Shown piece after piece: positions 23,648 through 33,298 of a stretch of DNA of 64,000 bases. The notes under the pieces are model-generated. The model saw only the letters and a program-made list of their open reading frames with translations, was not told the origin of the DNA and searched no databases. Each line of letters starts with the position of its first letter. The stretch's first letter is position 1. Source of the DNA: Candidatus Eiseniibacteriota bacterium (lineage in GTDB: Bacteria; Eisenbacteria; RBG-16-71-46). The position numbers and the translations under genes were made by a program. The DNA lies in assembly GCA_963717935.1 (NCBI GenBank), contig CAVQXP010000004.1, positions 800,001 to 864,000 of the forward strand, in the 5' to 3' direction.

Positions 23648-24883
23648 TCAGCGCGCCGCCAGCCCGAAGCGCGCAACCGCCTTCGTGGCGATCGCGCGCC
23701 CGATGGTGATCGAGGCGGTCGCCGCGGGCGAGGGGGCGTTGAGGACGTGGATCATGTGCCCGGCCTCGACGATCAGGAAGTCGTCCGCGAGCCTGCCGTC
23801 GGGTTCGAGCGCCTGCGCCCGCACTCCCGCGCCCGCGCGCACGACGTCCGCGCGCCGGAGCTCGGGGACGAGGCGCCGGAGCGCCGCGACGAAGGCGCCG
23901 CTGCGGCTCGAGCGCCACGATTCGTGGAGCCCCATGCGCCAGTGGCTGAGCCCCATGCGCCAGAAGCCGGCGTACGCGAGCAGTTCGGCCGTGTCGCGCA
24001 GCGAGAAGTCCGCCCGGCCGTAGCCCTCGCGCTTGAGCGCGAGCACGGCGTTGGGTCCGGCCTCGACCCCGCCGCGCACCCTGCGCGTGAAGTGGACGCC
24101 CAGGAAGGGGAAGGCGGGGTCGGGCACGGGGTAGATGAGGTTGCGCACCAGGCCATGTCTCTGCGGCACGAGGTCGTAGTACTCGCCGCGGAAGGGGACG
24201 ATGCGCACGCCGGGCTCGACGCCGCAGAGACGCGCCACGCGGTCGGAGTGGAGCCCGGCGCAGTTGACCAGCGAGCCGCAGCGCAGGGCGCCCCGCGCGG
24301 TCTCCAGTACGAGGTCCGCCGCCGCCCCGCCGGGCGACGGGTCGCGCCGGCAGGCGGTGACGCGCGCGTCCGTCACGACCTCGCCCCCCGCGCGGCGCAC
24401 GCAGCCGGCGTAGGCCTCGGTGACGGCGGCGTAGTCCACGATGCCGGTGTCGGGCACGAAGAGCCCGGCGACTCCGCGCGCGTGCGGTTCGCGCTCGCGG
24501 ATCTCCTCCGGGCCGAGACGGCGCAGGCCCTGCAGGCCGTTCGCCCGGCCGCGACGCTCCAACTCCTCGAGCCGGGGCAACTCGCGCGGGTGCACGGCGA
24601 GCACGACCTTGCCGCAGCGCTCGTGGGCGATGCCGTGCTCGGCGCAGAAGCGGTAGAGCGCTTCGCGGCCCGCGACGCAGTTCTGCGCCTTGAGCGAGCC
24701 GGGCCTGTAGTAGAGGCCCGAGTGGATGACGCCGCTGTTGTGGCCGGTCTGGTGCGCGGCGAGGTGGTCCTCGGCCTCGAGCACGACGACCGAGGCGCGC
24801 GTGCGTTCGGCGAGGACCATGGCCGTGGCCAGGCCGACGATGCCGCCGCCGATCACGGCGACGTCGCAACGGTCGGGGTGCAC
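23648..24883 (-). CDS. lhgO: L-2-hydroxyglutarate oxidase
   Basis: IGGGIVG, HQTGHNSGVIHSGLYY, PFRGEYY, PFLGVHF, GVRAQA, NAPSPAATAS. Start uncertain (24883-24916). Confidence 0.9.
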   Translation of the reverse strand: MHPDRCDVAVIGGGIVGLATAMVLAERTRASVVVLEAEDHLAAHQTGHNSGVIHSGLYYRPGSLKAQNCVAGREALYRFCAEHGIAHERCGKVVLAVHPRELPRLEELERRGRANGLQGLRRLGPEEIREREPHARGVAGLFVPDTGIVDYAAVTEAYAGCVRRAGGEVVTDARVTACRRDPSPGGAAADLVLETARGALRCGSLVNCAGLHSDRVARLCGVEPGVRIVPFRGEYYDLVPQRHGLVRNLIYPVPDPAFPFLGVHFTRRVRGGVEAGPNAVLALKREGYGRADFSLRDTAELLAYAGFWRMGLSHWRMGLHESWRSSRSGAFVAALRRLVPELRRADVVRAGAGVRAQALEPDGRLADDFLIVEAGHMIHVLNAPSPAATASITIGRAIATKAVARFGLAAR

Positions 24884-25032
24884 GCTCAGGCTCGCTCCAT
24901 GCCGCGCAGAGTCCAACGAAGCGGGTCGCGAGGCAAGGGACGACGGCCGGCGGGGGCTCGCGGCCGGGGTCGCGAAGCGCTAGGGTCATGCCGATCGGAT
25001 GGCCCTCGTGGGACCGGGGCCGGGAGGGTGCG

Positions 25033-25689
25033 ATGAGCGAGAAGCCTCACGTCTTCGAGAGCCCGGCGATCACCGTGACCTGGATCCGGCGGCGCTGCAT
25101 CCATGTCGCCGAGTGCGTGCGCGGCCTGCCGGCCGTCTTCAAGCCCGGGAGCGTCCCGTGGGTCGAGCCGGCGCAGGCGGCCGCGGCCCGTGTCGCCGAC
25201 GTCGTGTGCCGCTGCCCGACGGGGGCCCTCCACTACGAGCGGCACGACGGCGGCGCGGCGGAGCCCGTGCCCGTGGTGAACGCGGTGCTGCCCGAGCCCG
25301 ACGGACCGCTCTACCTGAAGGGGGATGTCGAGGTGGTGGCGGAAGACGGCCGCACGGTCGCCCGCGACACGCGCATCGCGCTGTGCCGCTGCGGTGCCAC
25401 GAAGAACCGGCCGTTCTGCGACGGCAGCCACTGGGATGCCGGCTTCGACGACGCAGGCCGCCTGGGCGAGGGCGGCGCGACCGCCGGGGGCGAGGCCGGT
25501 CCGGGGCCGCTCCGGGTCGCGTTCGGCGCCGGCGGGCCGCTCTTCCTGCAGGGCCGTTTCGTGCTGAGCAGTGCGGGGGGCGAGGCCCGCCGCGAGCTGG
25601 GCGAGGCGGAGTTGTGCCGCTGCGGCGTCTCGCGGAACCGGCCGTTCTGCGACGGCAGTCACACGGAGACGGAGTCGCGGGAGGGCTGA
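25033..25689 (+). CDS. Divergent 4Fe-4S mono-cluster domain plus two CDGSH iron-sulfur domains
   Basis: CIHVAEC...CPTGAL, then CRCGATKNRPFCDGSH and CRCGVSRNRPFCDGSH. Confidence 0.9.
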   Translation: MSEKPHVFESPAITVTWIRRRCIHVAECVRGLPAVFKPGSVPWVEPAQAAAARVADVVCRCPTGALHYERHDGGAAEPVPVVNAVLPEPDGPLYLKGDVEVVAEDGRTVARDTRIALCRCGATKNRPFCDGSHWDAGFDDAGRLGEGGATAGGEAGPGPLRVAFGAGGPLFLQGRFVLSSAGGEARRELGEAELCRCGVSRNRPFCDGSHTETESREG

Positions 25690-25699
25690 GGCCGCGCCC

Positions 25700-28600
25700 T
25701 CAGTTCCGCGTCCGTCCGGGCGGTTCCGGGGACTCGAGGAATGCCTCGACCCGCCAGCCCGCGGCCTCCGCGGCCCGCAGGCGCTCGGTGAGCGAGCGCT
25801 CGAGCGTGCGCGCGGCCTCCAGGTCGGGCCGCGGCGTGGCGGCGATCGCGAGCAGCGCGCGCAGCGCCATCCACCACACCATCCGCTCGAAGGGCTCCTT
25901 GCGGAAGTAGTGGGCGCCCTGGTGCTCGTGCTTGCCGATGAGCCAGGCGACGTCGGGGTCGTCGAGCCAGACGTAGGCTGCCGCCGGGCGCGCGGCGAGC
26001 TGGGCCGCGCCCGGCGCCCAGGCGGCGTGCGCGAACGCGGCGCGCACGCGCGCGGCGGCGCGCCAGCGCGGCTCGCCCTCGAGCCCCAGCACGGCGAACG
26101 CGTCGGCCATCGGCTCGCGCAGGCGCAGGGACTCGAAGAGCCGGACCGCCGCGCGGTCGGGGTCGGCCGGATCGCAGGCGCGGCCCAGGGCCTCGAGCGC
26201 GCACCAGGCGAGCAGCGTGCCCCAGATGCCGGTCGCGTGCTCGCGAGCGCCCCCCGCGGTGGGAAGCACGGCGCACGCCTCGTCGGGCCAGGGCGTGCTG
26301 AAGCGCGCCTCGAGCGCGGGCAGCCGGAGCGCGGCCTCGAGCCGCCGCCGCAGCACGCCCGCGGCCGCGCGCGCGTCGCCGGTCCATGCGTGCGCCGCCG
26401 CCGGGCCGGGCACGGCCGGCACGGGCGCATGCCGCCGCGCGGCCTCGAGGAGAAGGGCGGCACGGCGCTCGGCCTCGTCCAGCAGGGCGCTGCAGCGCGT
26501 GGCGCGCGCGGGTGTCTCGGTGGCCGGAGCGGCCTCGGCGAGCGCGGCGGCAGCGACCGGGTCGAGCAGGGCGCGCAGCGCCTCGTGCACCGGCCGCAGC
26601 TCCATCTCGTGCAGGGCCTCGTCGAGGCTGGGCACGCCGCGCCCGGCCAGCTCGGCGCAGAGCCGCGCCCAGGGCCGCGCGCCGTCGTCGCGCACCTCCT
26701 GCCAGTCGAGGAAGACGTGACAGCGATAGGCGCCCAGTTCGGCGTAGAAGCCCTTCTCCGCCAGCTCCTTCTGGCCGCGCAGGTACTCGAGTCCGGTCGA
26801 GGCCTCGCGATAGCGGACGAAGAGCGCAGGGTCGGCGCGGAAGCCGAAGGCGTCCCCGAGCGAGCGGCGGTGGAGCGTGCGGGTGTCGCCCTCCTTCACC
26901 GCGTAACCGCAGGACAGTCGGATCCAGCCGCGGGTGCCCGCGTGACGGTTGCAGTAGAGCACCAGTGCCCGCTCGCCGCCGCGCTGGTTCGAGTAGGCGA
27001 AGACGTCCTCGTTGACCCAGCCTTCGTCGGTGAAGAAGTCGTAGAGCAGGAAGTCGCGGACCCCGGCGAACAGCGCCCGCCGGTGCAGCAACGGGCTGAT
27101 CTCGCGCTCGTGGCGCGCCACCAGCCACGGGTCGGGCTGCTCGTCGTGGTAGGCGCGGCGATATTCCATGCCGTACTTCTCGGCGAAGCCCTCGACCTGC
27201 CCGTGCCCGAACATGGGCAGCCCGGGCAGCGTGGCCATCAGCGTGCAGATGCCGAAGTACTTGTCGCCCTTGCCGAACTGCTCGACCGCAGTGCGCTCGT
27301 CCGGGTTGTTCATGAAGTTGACGTAGCGCTTCAGCACGTCGGCGTCGAACTCGAGCGTGTTCTTGATCACGCTGCGGTAGTTCGCGTTCTCCTCGTCGCG
27401 CAGCATGTTCATGAAGGCGCTGTTGTAGACCCGGTGCATGCCCAGGGTGCGGACGAAGTAGCCCTCCATGAGCCAGAAGGCCTCGGCCAGGAGCAGCGTG
27501 TCGGGCGCCTCGGCGGCCACACGGTCCACCACCTCGCGCCAGAACTCCTGCGGGATGGCGTCGTCGAAGTCGGCCTTGGTGAGCCCCTGCCCGGCGCGCG
27601 AGGGGATGGCCCCGCCGGTGCCCGGCTCGGGGAACCAGAGCCGCTGGTAGTGGCGCTTGGCCAGCGTCATGGCCGCGTCGAAGCGGATGATGGGGAAGCG
27701 GCGCGCCACGGCCAGGATGGTCTGGATGACGGCCTCGCGCACCTCGGGCCTGCGGTAGTCGAGCTGGGCGGTGTCGTTCCACGGCATCGAGGTGCCGTCG
27801 TTGCCGTGGTAGACGTAGCGTGCTTCGCCGCTCCAGCGGTCGAGGCGCTTGAAGACCACCGCCGCGTCGCTGCGGTCGTAGTAGTGGTCCTCGACGAAGA
27901 TGCCGACCCGGCCGTCGTTCGACAGGTCGGGGCCGTCGAAGCGGTAGGCCGGGTAGGGGCTGTGGCCGAGCTGCACGAACCAGTCCGGGTGCTCGATCAC
28001 CCAGCGCGAGTCGATGCCCATGTGGTTCGGCACCATGTCGCTCGCCAGCCGCAGGCCGCGCGCGCGGGCACGCTCGCTCAGAGCCTCGAACGCGGCCTCT
28101 CCGCCGAGGTCGGCGGAGATGACGTAGTCGAGCAGCGAGTAGGCCGAGGCCACCGCCTCGGGGTTGCCGCAGGCCTGCTTGATGCGCTGGGAGGCCTTGC
28201 TCCGCTCCCACACGCCGATGAGCCACAGCCCCGTGAAGCCGCGGCGCGTGAGCGTGTCCAGCTCCTCGTCCGGGATCTGGTCGAGCCGGGTGATGGCCCG
28301 GCCGTAGCGGCGCGAGAGCTGGTCGAGCCACACGTAGACGGTCTTGGCCAGCAGCACCACGCGCGGCATCCAGTCGAGGTCGCGGCTGAAGCGCTCGTAC
28401 TCGTGCTCGAGCCCGCGGAAGCTCGGGATGGCGCCGGCGCCCGAGTCGCCCAGCGGCGGCGGCCACGCTCCGGCGGGCACCGGCGGGTGGAAGCGCAGCC
28501 AGACCGCCAACTCCTCCTCCTTGAGCACGTCGAGCCCGGTGAGGAGCCGTGCGAGCGCGTCGCCCAGCAGCGCGCCCCAGCGCTCGCGGATGAAGGCCAG

Positions 28601-29272
28601 CTGGCCTTCGAGGGAGTCGGGCGAGGCCAGCGCGGGCGCGCGCAGCATGTCCACCAGGTTCTGCTCGTCGGGGCCGAAGCGCGGACGGGTCTCGAAGTAG
28701 TCGCGCAGCGCGCTGGTGATGCCCGGGTAGGCGGTCGCCGCGGCGAGGGCCGCGTCGTCGAACAGCTCGCGGAAGGGCTTGAAGGCCCGGTTCAGGTTCG
28801 CCAGCCAGAGCATCATCAGCTCTTCCAGCGCCACCGCGCGGTGCGGCACGTTCCCGCTCACGCCGTTCAGCCACGAGGCCGCCGTGAGATCGCCGCGGTA
28901 GACCGACACGGTGGGGAAGCGGTCGGCGAATTCGAGCAGGGCGCGGTCCAGCGCAGCGCGCCCCAGCCGGGCTTCGAACCAGGCGAGCGCGTCGGTCATG
29001 GCGCGCGGGTCCCGGTGCTCGCGGTAGGTGGCCACCACCAGGTGCAGCACCTCGTCGATGAGCCCCATGGCGTTGAGCGAGCCCGGGGCCACCGCGCGCT
29101 CGGGGTGCTGCTCCGCCTCGCGCACCGTGTTCATGCGGTGGGCGAAGGCGCGGCTCGCCTGCAGGTCCGCGAAGACGACGTTGCCCGTGATGCTGAAGAG
29201 CGGGTCGTCGAAGCCGTAGCGGTCGCGCGCGGCGCGTGACACGTGGAACTCGAACGTCGGTCCGTCGCTCAT
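25700..29272 (-). CDS. Large alpha-amylase family (GH13) protein, about 1190 aa
   Basis: DMVPNH (region I), IRFDAAM (nucleophile), LAEAFW (acid/base), NNPDE (region IV), TLPGLPMFGHGQ; start MSDGPTFEFHVSR. Confidence 0.85.
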   Translation of the reverse strand: MSDGPTFEFHVSRAARDRYGFDDPLFSITGNVVFADLQASRAFAHRMNTVREAEQHPERAVAPGSLNAMGLIDEVLHLVVATYREHRDPRAMTDALAWFEARLGRAALDRALLEFADRFPTVSVYRGDLTAASWLNGVSGNVPHRAVALEELMMLWLANLNRAFKPFRELFDDAALAAATAYPGITSALRDYFETRPRFGPDEQNLVDMLRAPALASPDSLEGQLAFIRERWGALLGDALARLLTGLDVLKEEELAVWLRFHPPVPAGAWPPPLGDSGAGAIPSFRGLEHEYERFSRDLDWMPRVVLLAKTVYVWLDQLSRRYGRAITRLDQIPDEELDTLTRRGFTGLWLIGVWERSKASQRIKQACGNPEAVASAYSLLDYVISADLGGEAAFEALSERARARGLRLASDMVPNHMGIDSRWVIEHPDWFVQLGHSPYPAYRFDGPDLSNDGRVGIFVEDHYYDRSDAAVVFKRLDRWSGEARYVYHGNDGTSMPWNDTAQLDYRRPEVREAVIQTILAVARRFPIIRFDAAMTLAKRHYQRLWFPEPGTGGAIPSRAGQGLTKADFDDAIPQEFWREVVDRVAAEAPDTLLLAEAFWLMEGYFVRTLGMHRVYNSAFMNMLRDEENANYRSVIKNTLEFDADVLKRYVNFMNNPDERTAVEQFGKGDKYFGICTLMATLPGLPMFGHGQVEGFAEKYGMEYRRAYHDEQPDPWLVARHEREISPLLHRRALFAGVRDFLLYDFFTDEGWVNEDVFAYSNQRGGERALVLYCNRHAGTRGWIRLSCGYAVKEGDTRTLHRRSLGDAFGFRADPALFVRYREASTGLEYLRGQKELAEKGFYAELGAYRCHVFLDWQEVRDDGARPWARLCAELAGRGVPSLDEALHEMELRPVHEALRALLDPVAAAALAEAAPATETPARATRCSALLDEAERRAALLLEAARRHAPVPAVPGPAAAHAWTGDARAAAGVLRRRLEAALRLPALEARFSTPWPDEACAVLPTAGGAREHATGIWGTLLAWCALEALGRACDPADPDRAAVRLFESLRLREPMADAFAVLGLEGEPRWRAAARVRAAFAHAAWAPGAAQLAARPAAAYVWLDDPDVAWLIGKHEHQGAHYFRKEPFERMVWWMALRALLAIAATPRPDLEAARTLERSLTERLRAAEAAGWRVEAFLESPEPPGRTRN

Positions 29273-29560
29273 GAGGTCCGCAGCATAGCAGGGCGTGGCA
29301 AGGTGACGTAGACGGGCGGATCGTGCCGGCGCGACGGTGCCTGCTCGTCCCGAGCGAGGGGTCGCACCGGGCCGGAGGGCGAGCGTGAGGGCAATCAGCC
29401 GCCCTCCGGCCCGGTGCGGCCCCCCCGGGGAGGTCCGGCTGGAGCGGCGGCCCGGCCCGGGTGCGGCTCGCGGCCCCCTGCCCGTCGCTTGCCCGCCATC
29501 GCGTTGAAGTGCTACACGGTGGGCGCGCACGAAGCAGCCCTCACCCCGGTGGCCGACCGC

Positions 29561-30847
29561 ATGCCCGACGCCCGACCGAGCACCCGCAGTCCCTGGGCCT
29601 GGATCCCCTCGCTCTACGTGGCCGAGGGGCTCCCGTACGTGGTCGCGATGACGGTCTCCGTCATCATGTACAAGCGTTTCGGGATCTCGAACACCGACAT
29701 CGCGCTCTACACGAGCTGGCTCTACCTGCCGTGGGTGATCAAGCCGCTGTGGTCGCCGGTCGTGGACCTGCTCGGGACGCGCCGCCGCTGGATCTGGGCG
29801 ATGCAGTTGCTGATCGGCGCGGCCCTGGCTGGCGTGGCCCTGGTCGTCCCCGTGCCGCACTTCTTCCGCTGGACGCTGGCGTTCTTCTGGCTGCTGGCGT
29901 TCGATTCCGCCACGCACGACATCGCGGCGGACGGTTTCTACATGCTGGCGACGACCGAGAAGGAACAGGCCTTCTTCGTCGGGATCCGCAGCATGTTCTA
30001 CCGGATCGCCACGATCGCGGGCCAGGGAATGCTGGTGATGCTGGCCGGCACGATCGAGAGCCGCACCGGGAACCTGCGGCTGGCGTGGTCCGTGGCCATG
30101 GGCGGGCTGGCCGTCCTGTTCCTGGGGTTCGGGCTCTGGCACCGGCTCATCCTGCCGCGGCCGGCGGTGGACCGGCCCGGGGAGGCGCGCCGGATCCCGC
30201 ACTTCCTCAAGGAGTTCCTGGCCACCTTCGGCTCGTTCTTCCGCAAGCCGCGCATCGTGGTCCTGATGCTGTTCCTGCTGCTCTACCGCTTCGGCGAGGC
30301 GCAGCTCGTGAAGATGGTCTCGCCGTTCCTGCTCGATCCGCGGGCGCAGGGGGGGCTGGGGCTGACCACGACCCAGGTCGGCTTCGTCTACGGCACGGTC
30401 GGCATCATCGCGCTGACCCTGGGCGGGATCCTCGGGGGCTGGGCGGTGTCGCGGCACGGATTGAGGTCGTGGCTGTGGCCGATGCTGCTGGCGATCCACC
30501 TGCCGGATGCGATGTTCATCTACCTCGCCTACGCCCAGCCGGCGAGCCTCGCCGTCATCCAGCTCTGCGTGGCCGTCGAGCAGTTCGGCTACGGCTTCGG
30601 CTTTGCGGCCTACCTGCTCTACATGATCCACATCGCGCGCGGCGAGCACCAGACGGCGCACTACGCCATCTGCACCGGTTTCATGGCGCTGGGCATGATG
30701 CTCCCCGGGATGTGGAGCGGCTGGCTGCAGGAACTCATCGGCTACCGGCACTTCTTCGTCTGGGTGATCCTGGCCACGGTGCCGAGCTTCCTGGTGGTGC
30801 TCTGGATCCCACTCGATCGCGGGTTCGGGAGGAAAGCGACCGCCTGA
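29561..30847 (+). CDS. AmpG-like MFS transporter
   Basis: LYVAEGLP, LPWVIKPLWSP.VD, SATHDIAADG, YRFGE; about 12 TM. Confidence 0.87.
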   Translation: MPDARPSTRSPWAWIPSLYVAEGLPYVVAMTVSVIMYKRFGISNTDIALYTSWLYLPWVIKPLWSPVVDLLGTRRRWIWAMQLLIGAALAGVALVVPVPHFFRWTLAFFWLLAFDSATHDIAADGFYMLATTEKEQAFFVGIRSMFYRIATIAGQGMLVMLAGTIESRTGNLRLAWSVAMGGLAVLFLGFGLWHRLILPRPAVDRPGEARRIPHFLKEFLATFGSFFRKPRIVVLMLFLLLYRFGEAQLVKMVSPFLLDPRAQGGLGLTTTQVGFVYGTVGIIALTLGGILGGWAVSRHGLRSWLWPMLLAIHLPDAMFIYLAYAQPASLAVIQLCVAVEQFGYGFGFAAYLLYMIHIARGEHQTAHYAICTGFMALGMMLPGMWSGWLQELIGYRHFFVWVILATVPSFLVVLWIPLDRGFGRKATA

Positions 30848-30963
30848 CCGGGGCGCGGGGCCGTGGGGCGGCCCGGCCGGCACCCGGGGCTTCCGGCCGC
30901 CGCCGCCGAGGGCTAGAATCGTGGCGACCGCACCCCTGGAGCCGCACCTCATGGAGGCCACCC

Positions 30964-31908
30964 GTGTCGATCCATCACCTTGCCGCCGTGTCGCTCGTCC
31001 TGGGCCTGTTGCTCCCGGGCGCCGCTCGGCCCGCCGCGGTCCCGATCGACGGCGTGCTGGACCCGGACTACGGCGTGGCGCTGAGCACGCAGACGAACGC
31101 CACCGTGGGGTGGCCCGACGCCAGCCTCGGCCTCGTCGGTGGCTCGAACGGCTATGAGCTGGATCAGGCCTACGGCTTCGTTTCCGACGGGACGCTCCAC
31201 CTCTTCCTGGCGGGCAACCTGCTCTGCCAGGGCAACCCGGTCGACTACGGCATCTTCACCTACAACCTGTACCTCTTCATCGACTCCGGGCCCGGGGGGC
31301 AGAACCGCCTGCGCGCCGACAACGCCGACCTGGACTACGGCGCGCTCAACCGGATGGCCGGCCTGACCTTCGATGCGGGCTTCGAGCCCGACTACTGGCT
31401 GGGCTGTCGCGGCTACCTGGCCGATTACTACGACCCGGCGAGCCTGTACACGCTGTACGCCTGGCAGGCCGATCTGCTCACGGACGGCGCCGGCAGCGGC
31501 TACCTGCTGGGCACGACCGGGGCGGGCGGTCCCGGCACGCTGTCGGGCGGCACCAACCCGGACGGCATCCAGGTCACGGTCGACAACCGCAACACCGCCG
31601 GCGTCACCTCCGGCTGTGGAGCCTCCTCCGGTGCGGGGGTCGCGACCGGCGTCGAGTGGGCGATCCCGCTCGCCGCGATCGGCGATCCGGGCGGATCCGT
31701 CAGGGTGTGCGCGGTCGTGGCCACCAGCGCGGCCTACTCGTTCCTCCCCCAGGTCCTGGGTCCGCTTCCTCCCGGGACCTGCGCGCTCGGGGCGCCATCG
31801 GGGATCGACTTCGACAGCCACGCGGGTGAGCAGTTCTTCACGGTGGCCGGCGAGACCCTGGCGGCCCGCGCTTCGAGCTGGGGACGCCTGAAGACGCTGT
31901 ATCGCTGA
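30964..31908 (+). CDS. Secreted hypothetical protein with C-terminal SWGxxKxxYR motif
   Basis: SD GGAGG, GTG start, signal peptide, Gly/Asp/Tyr-rich beta-type body; ends ARASSWGRLKTLYR. Confidence 0.75.
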   Translation: MSIHHLAAVSLVLGLLLPGAARPAAVPIDGVLDPDYGVALSTQTNATVGWPDASLGLVGGSNGYELDQAYGFVSDGTLHLFLAGNLLCQGNPVDYGIFTYNLYLFIDSGPGGQNRLRADNADLDYGALNRMAGLTFDAGFEPDYWLGCRGYLADYYDPASLYTLYAWQADLLTDGAGSGYLLGTTGAGGPGTLSGGTNPDGIQVTVDNRNTAGVTSGCGASSGAGVATGVEWAIPLAAIGDPGGSVRVCAVVATSAAYSFLPQVLGPLPPGTCALGAPSGIDFDSHAGEQFFTVAGETLAARASSWGRLKTLYR

Positions 31909-32182
31909 GTCCGCTGGGGAGGTTCCAGGCGGCCGCCCGCGCCCGGGGCCGGCCGTTTCCCGTCCGCGCGCGGGGAGAGCGGAGGGTCCGGTTTCCCCTC
32001 CGCGTGCGGTATGGGGTAGAATCTACGCGCTCTTGCGGCGATTACCTCCCGTGGGAGCCAGGCGCCGCCCGGCGAGGGATCCGTCGGGCGGTTGCGCATT
32101 CCCGGGCCGCGGGGGCGGCCGGGACGCCCCCGCCCCGCGCCCGTCTGGCCCGCCCCGCCCCCCCCCGTGCCGGGCCCGCGGG

Positions 32183-33298
32183 CTAGCGCACGGTCTTGTG
32201 GAAACGGGTCGTGGCGAAGCTCAGCAGTCCGGCGCCCATCACCAGCAGCGCCAGGAACTGCGGCCACAGCGCGTCGAGGCCGGCGCCCTTGAGGAAGATG
32301 GCGCGCACGATCTCGAGGAAGTGGCGCAGTGGGTTCAGGAGCGTGAGCCACTGGAACGGGACCGGCATGCTGGACACCGGGAACATGAAGCCGGAGAGCA
32401 GGATGAGCGGCATGATGAAGAGGAAGGAGGTCATCACGGCCTCCTGCTGGGTGTTCGAGATGGTCGAGATGAGCAATCCCAGCCCGAGCGTCGAGAACAG
32501 ATAGAGCACGCCCGCCAGCAGGAGCAGCAGGAAGTTCCCCTCGAACGGCACGCGGAACCAGAGCAGCGCCACCGTCGCGATGAGCACCAGGTCCGCCAGG
32601 CCGATGATCGCGAAGGGCACGGTCTTGCCGATGATGAGCTCCGCCGGCGAGAGCGGGCTCACCATGAGCTGCTCGAGCGTGCCCAGCTCGCGCTCGCGCA
32701 CCACCGCGAGCGCGGTCAGGAGCAGACTCAGGATGAGCATGATCGCGCCCATCACCGCGGGGACGTTGTAGTCGCGGCTCTTGAGCGCGGGGTTGAACCA
32801 GGCCCGCTCGCGCAGTTCGAGCGGCGGTGTGCGCGCGAGATCCCCCTGCGCCAGCGCGTAGGCCTGCACGATCCTCCCGGCGTAGCCGCTGGCCACGGTC
32901 GCGGTATTCGAGTTGGTGCCGTCGAAGAGCAGCTGCACGCGGGCCCGGGCCTGCGCGAGGTCGCGTGCGAACCCGCGCGGGATGTGGACCCCGACCAGGG
33001 CGCGGCCGTGGTCGAGGGCCTCGACCAGATCCCGTGGCCGGTCCGAAGCGCCCGCCGGCCGGAAATAGCCCGAGGCGAAGAGCGTGCGGGCCAGGTCGCG
33101 CGAGGCCTGCGTGTGGTCCTGGTCCACGAGGAAGGTCGGGACCTGGCGCACGTCGGTGGAGACGACGTAGCCGAAGGCCACGAGCTGCAGCATCGGGGCG
33201 AGGATGACCATCCGGGTGAGCCGGGGGTCGCGAAAGACCTGCAGCAGCTCCTTGCGGACCATCTCGCCCAGGCGGTCGAGGCGCTCGGGGATCCTCAC
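32183..33298 (-). CDS. ABC-2 type transporter permease (YbhR-like)
   Basis: VRKELLQVFRD, VRERELGTLEQL..SP, GK..P, LLSGFMFP...MP. Confidence 0.92.
   Translation of the reverse strand: MRIPERLDRLGEMVRKELLQVFRDPRLTRMVILAPMLQLVAFGYVVSTDVRQVPTFLVDQDHTQASRDLARTLFASGYFRPAGASDRPRDLVEALDHGRALVGVHIPRGFARDLAQARARVQLLFDGTNSNTATVASGYAGRIVQAYALAQGDLARTPPLELRERAWFNPALKSRDYNVPAVMGAIMLILSLLLTALAVVRERELGTLEQLMVSPLSPAELIIGKTVPFAIIGLADLVLIATVALLWFRVPFEGNFLLLLLAGVLYLFSTLGLGLLISTISNTQQEAVMTSFLFIMPLILLSGFMFPVSSMPVPFQWLTLLNPLRHFLEIVRAIFLKGAGLDALWPQFLALLVMGAGLLSFATTRFHKTVR

Noticed and set aside
25571..30961. Long ORFs 25571-29239 (+) and 25659-28874 (-), and the N-terminal extension of 25700-30961 (-)
   Set aside because: They overlap the GH13 and MFS genes and are Arg/Ala/Pro-rich without motifs. 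The GH13 starts at 29272.
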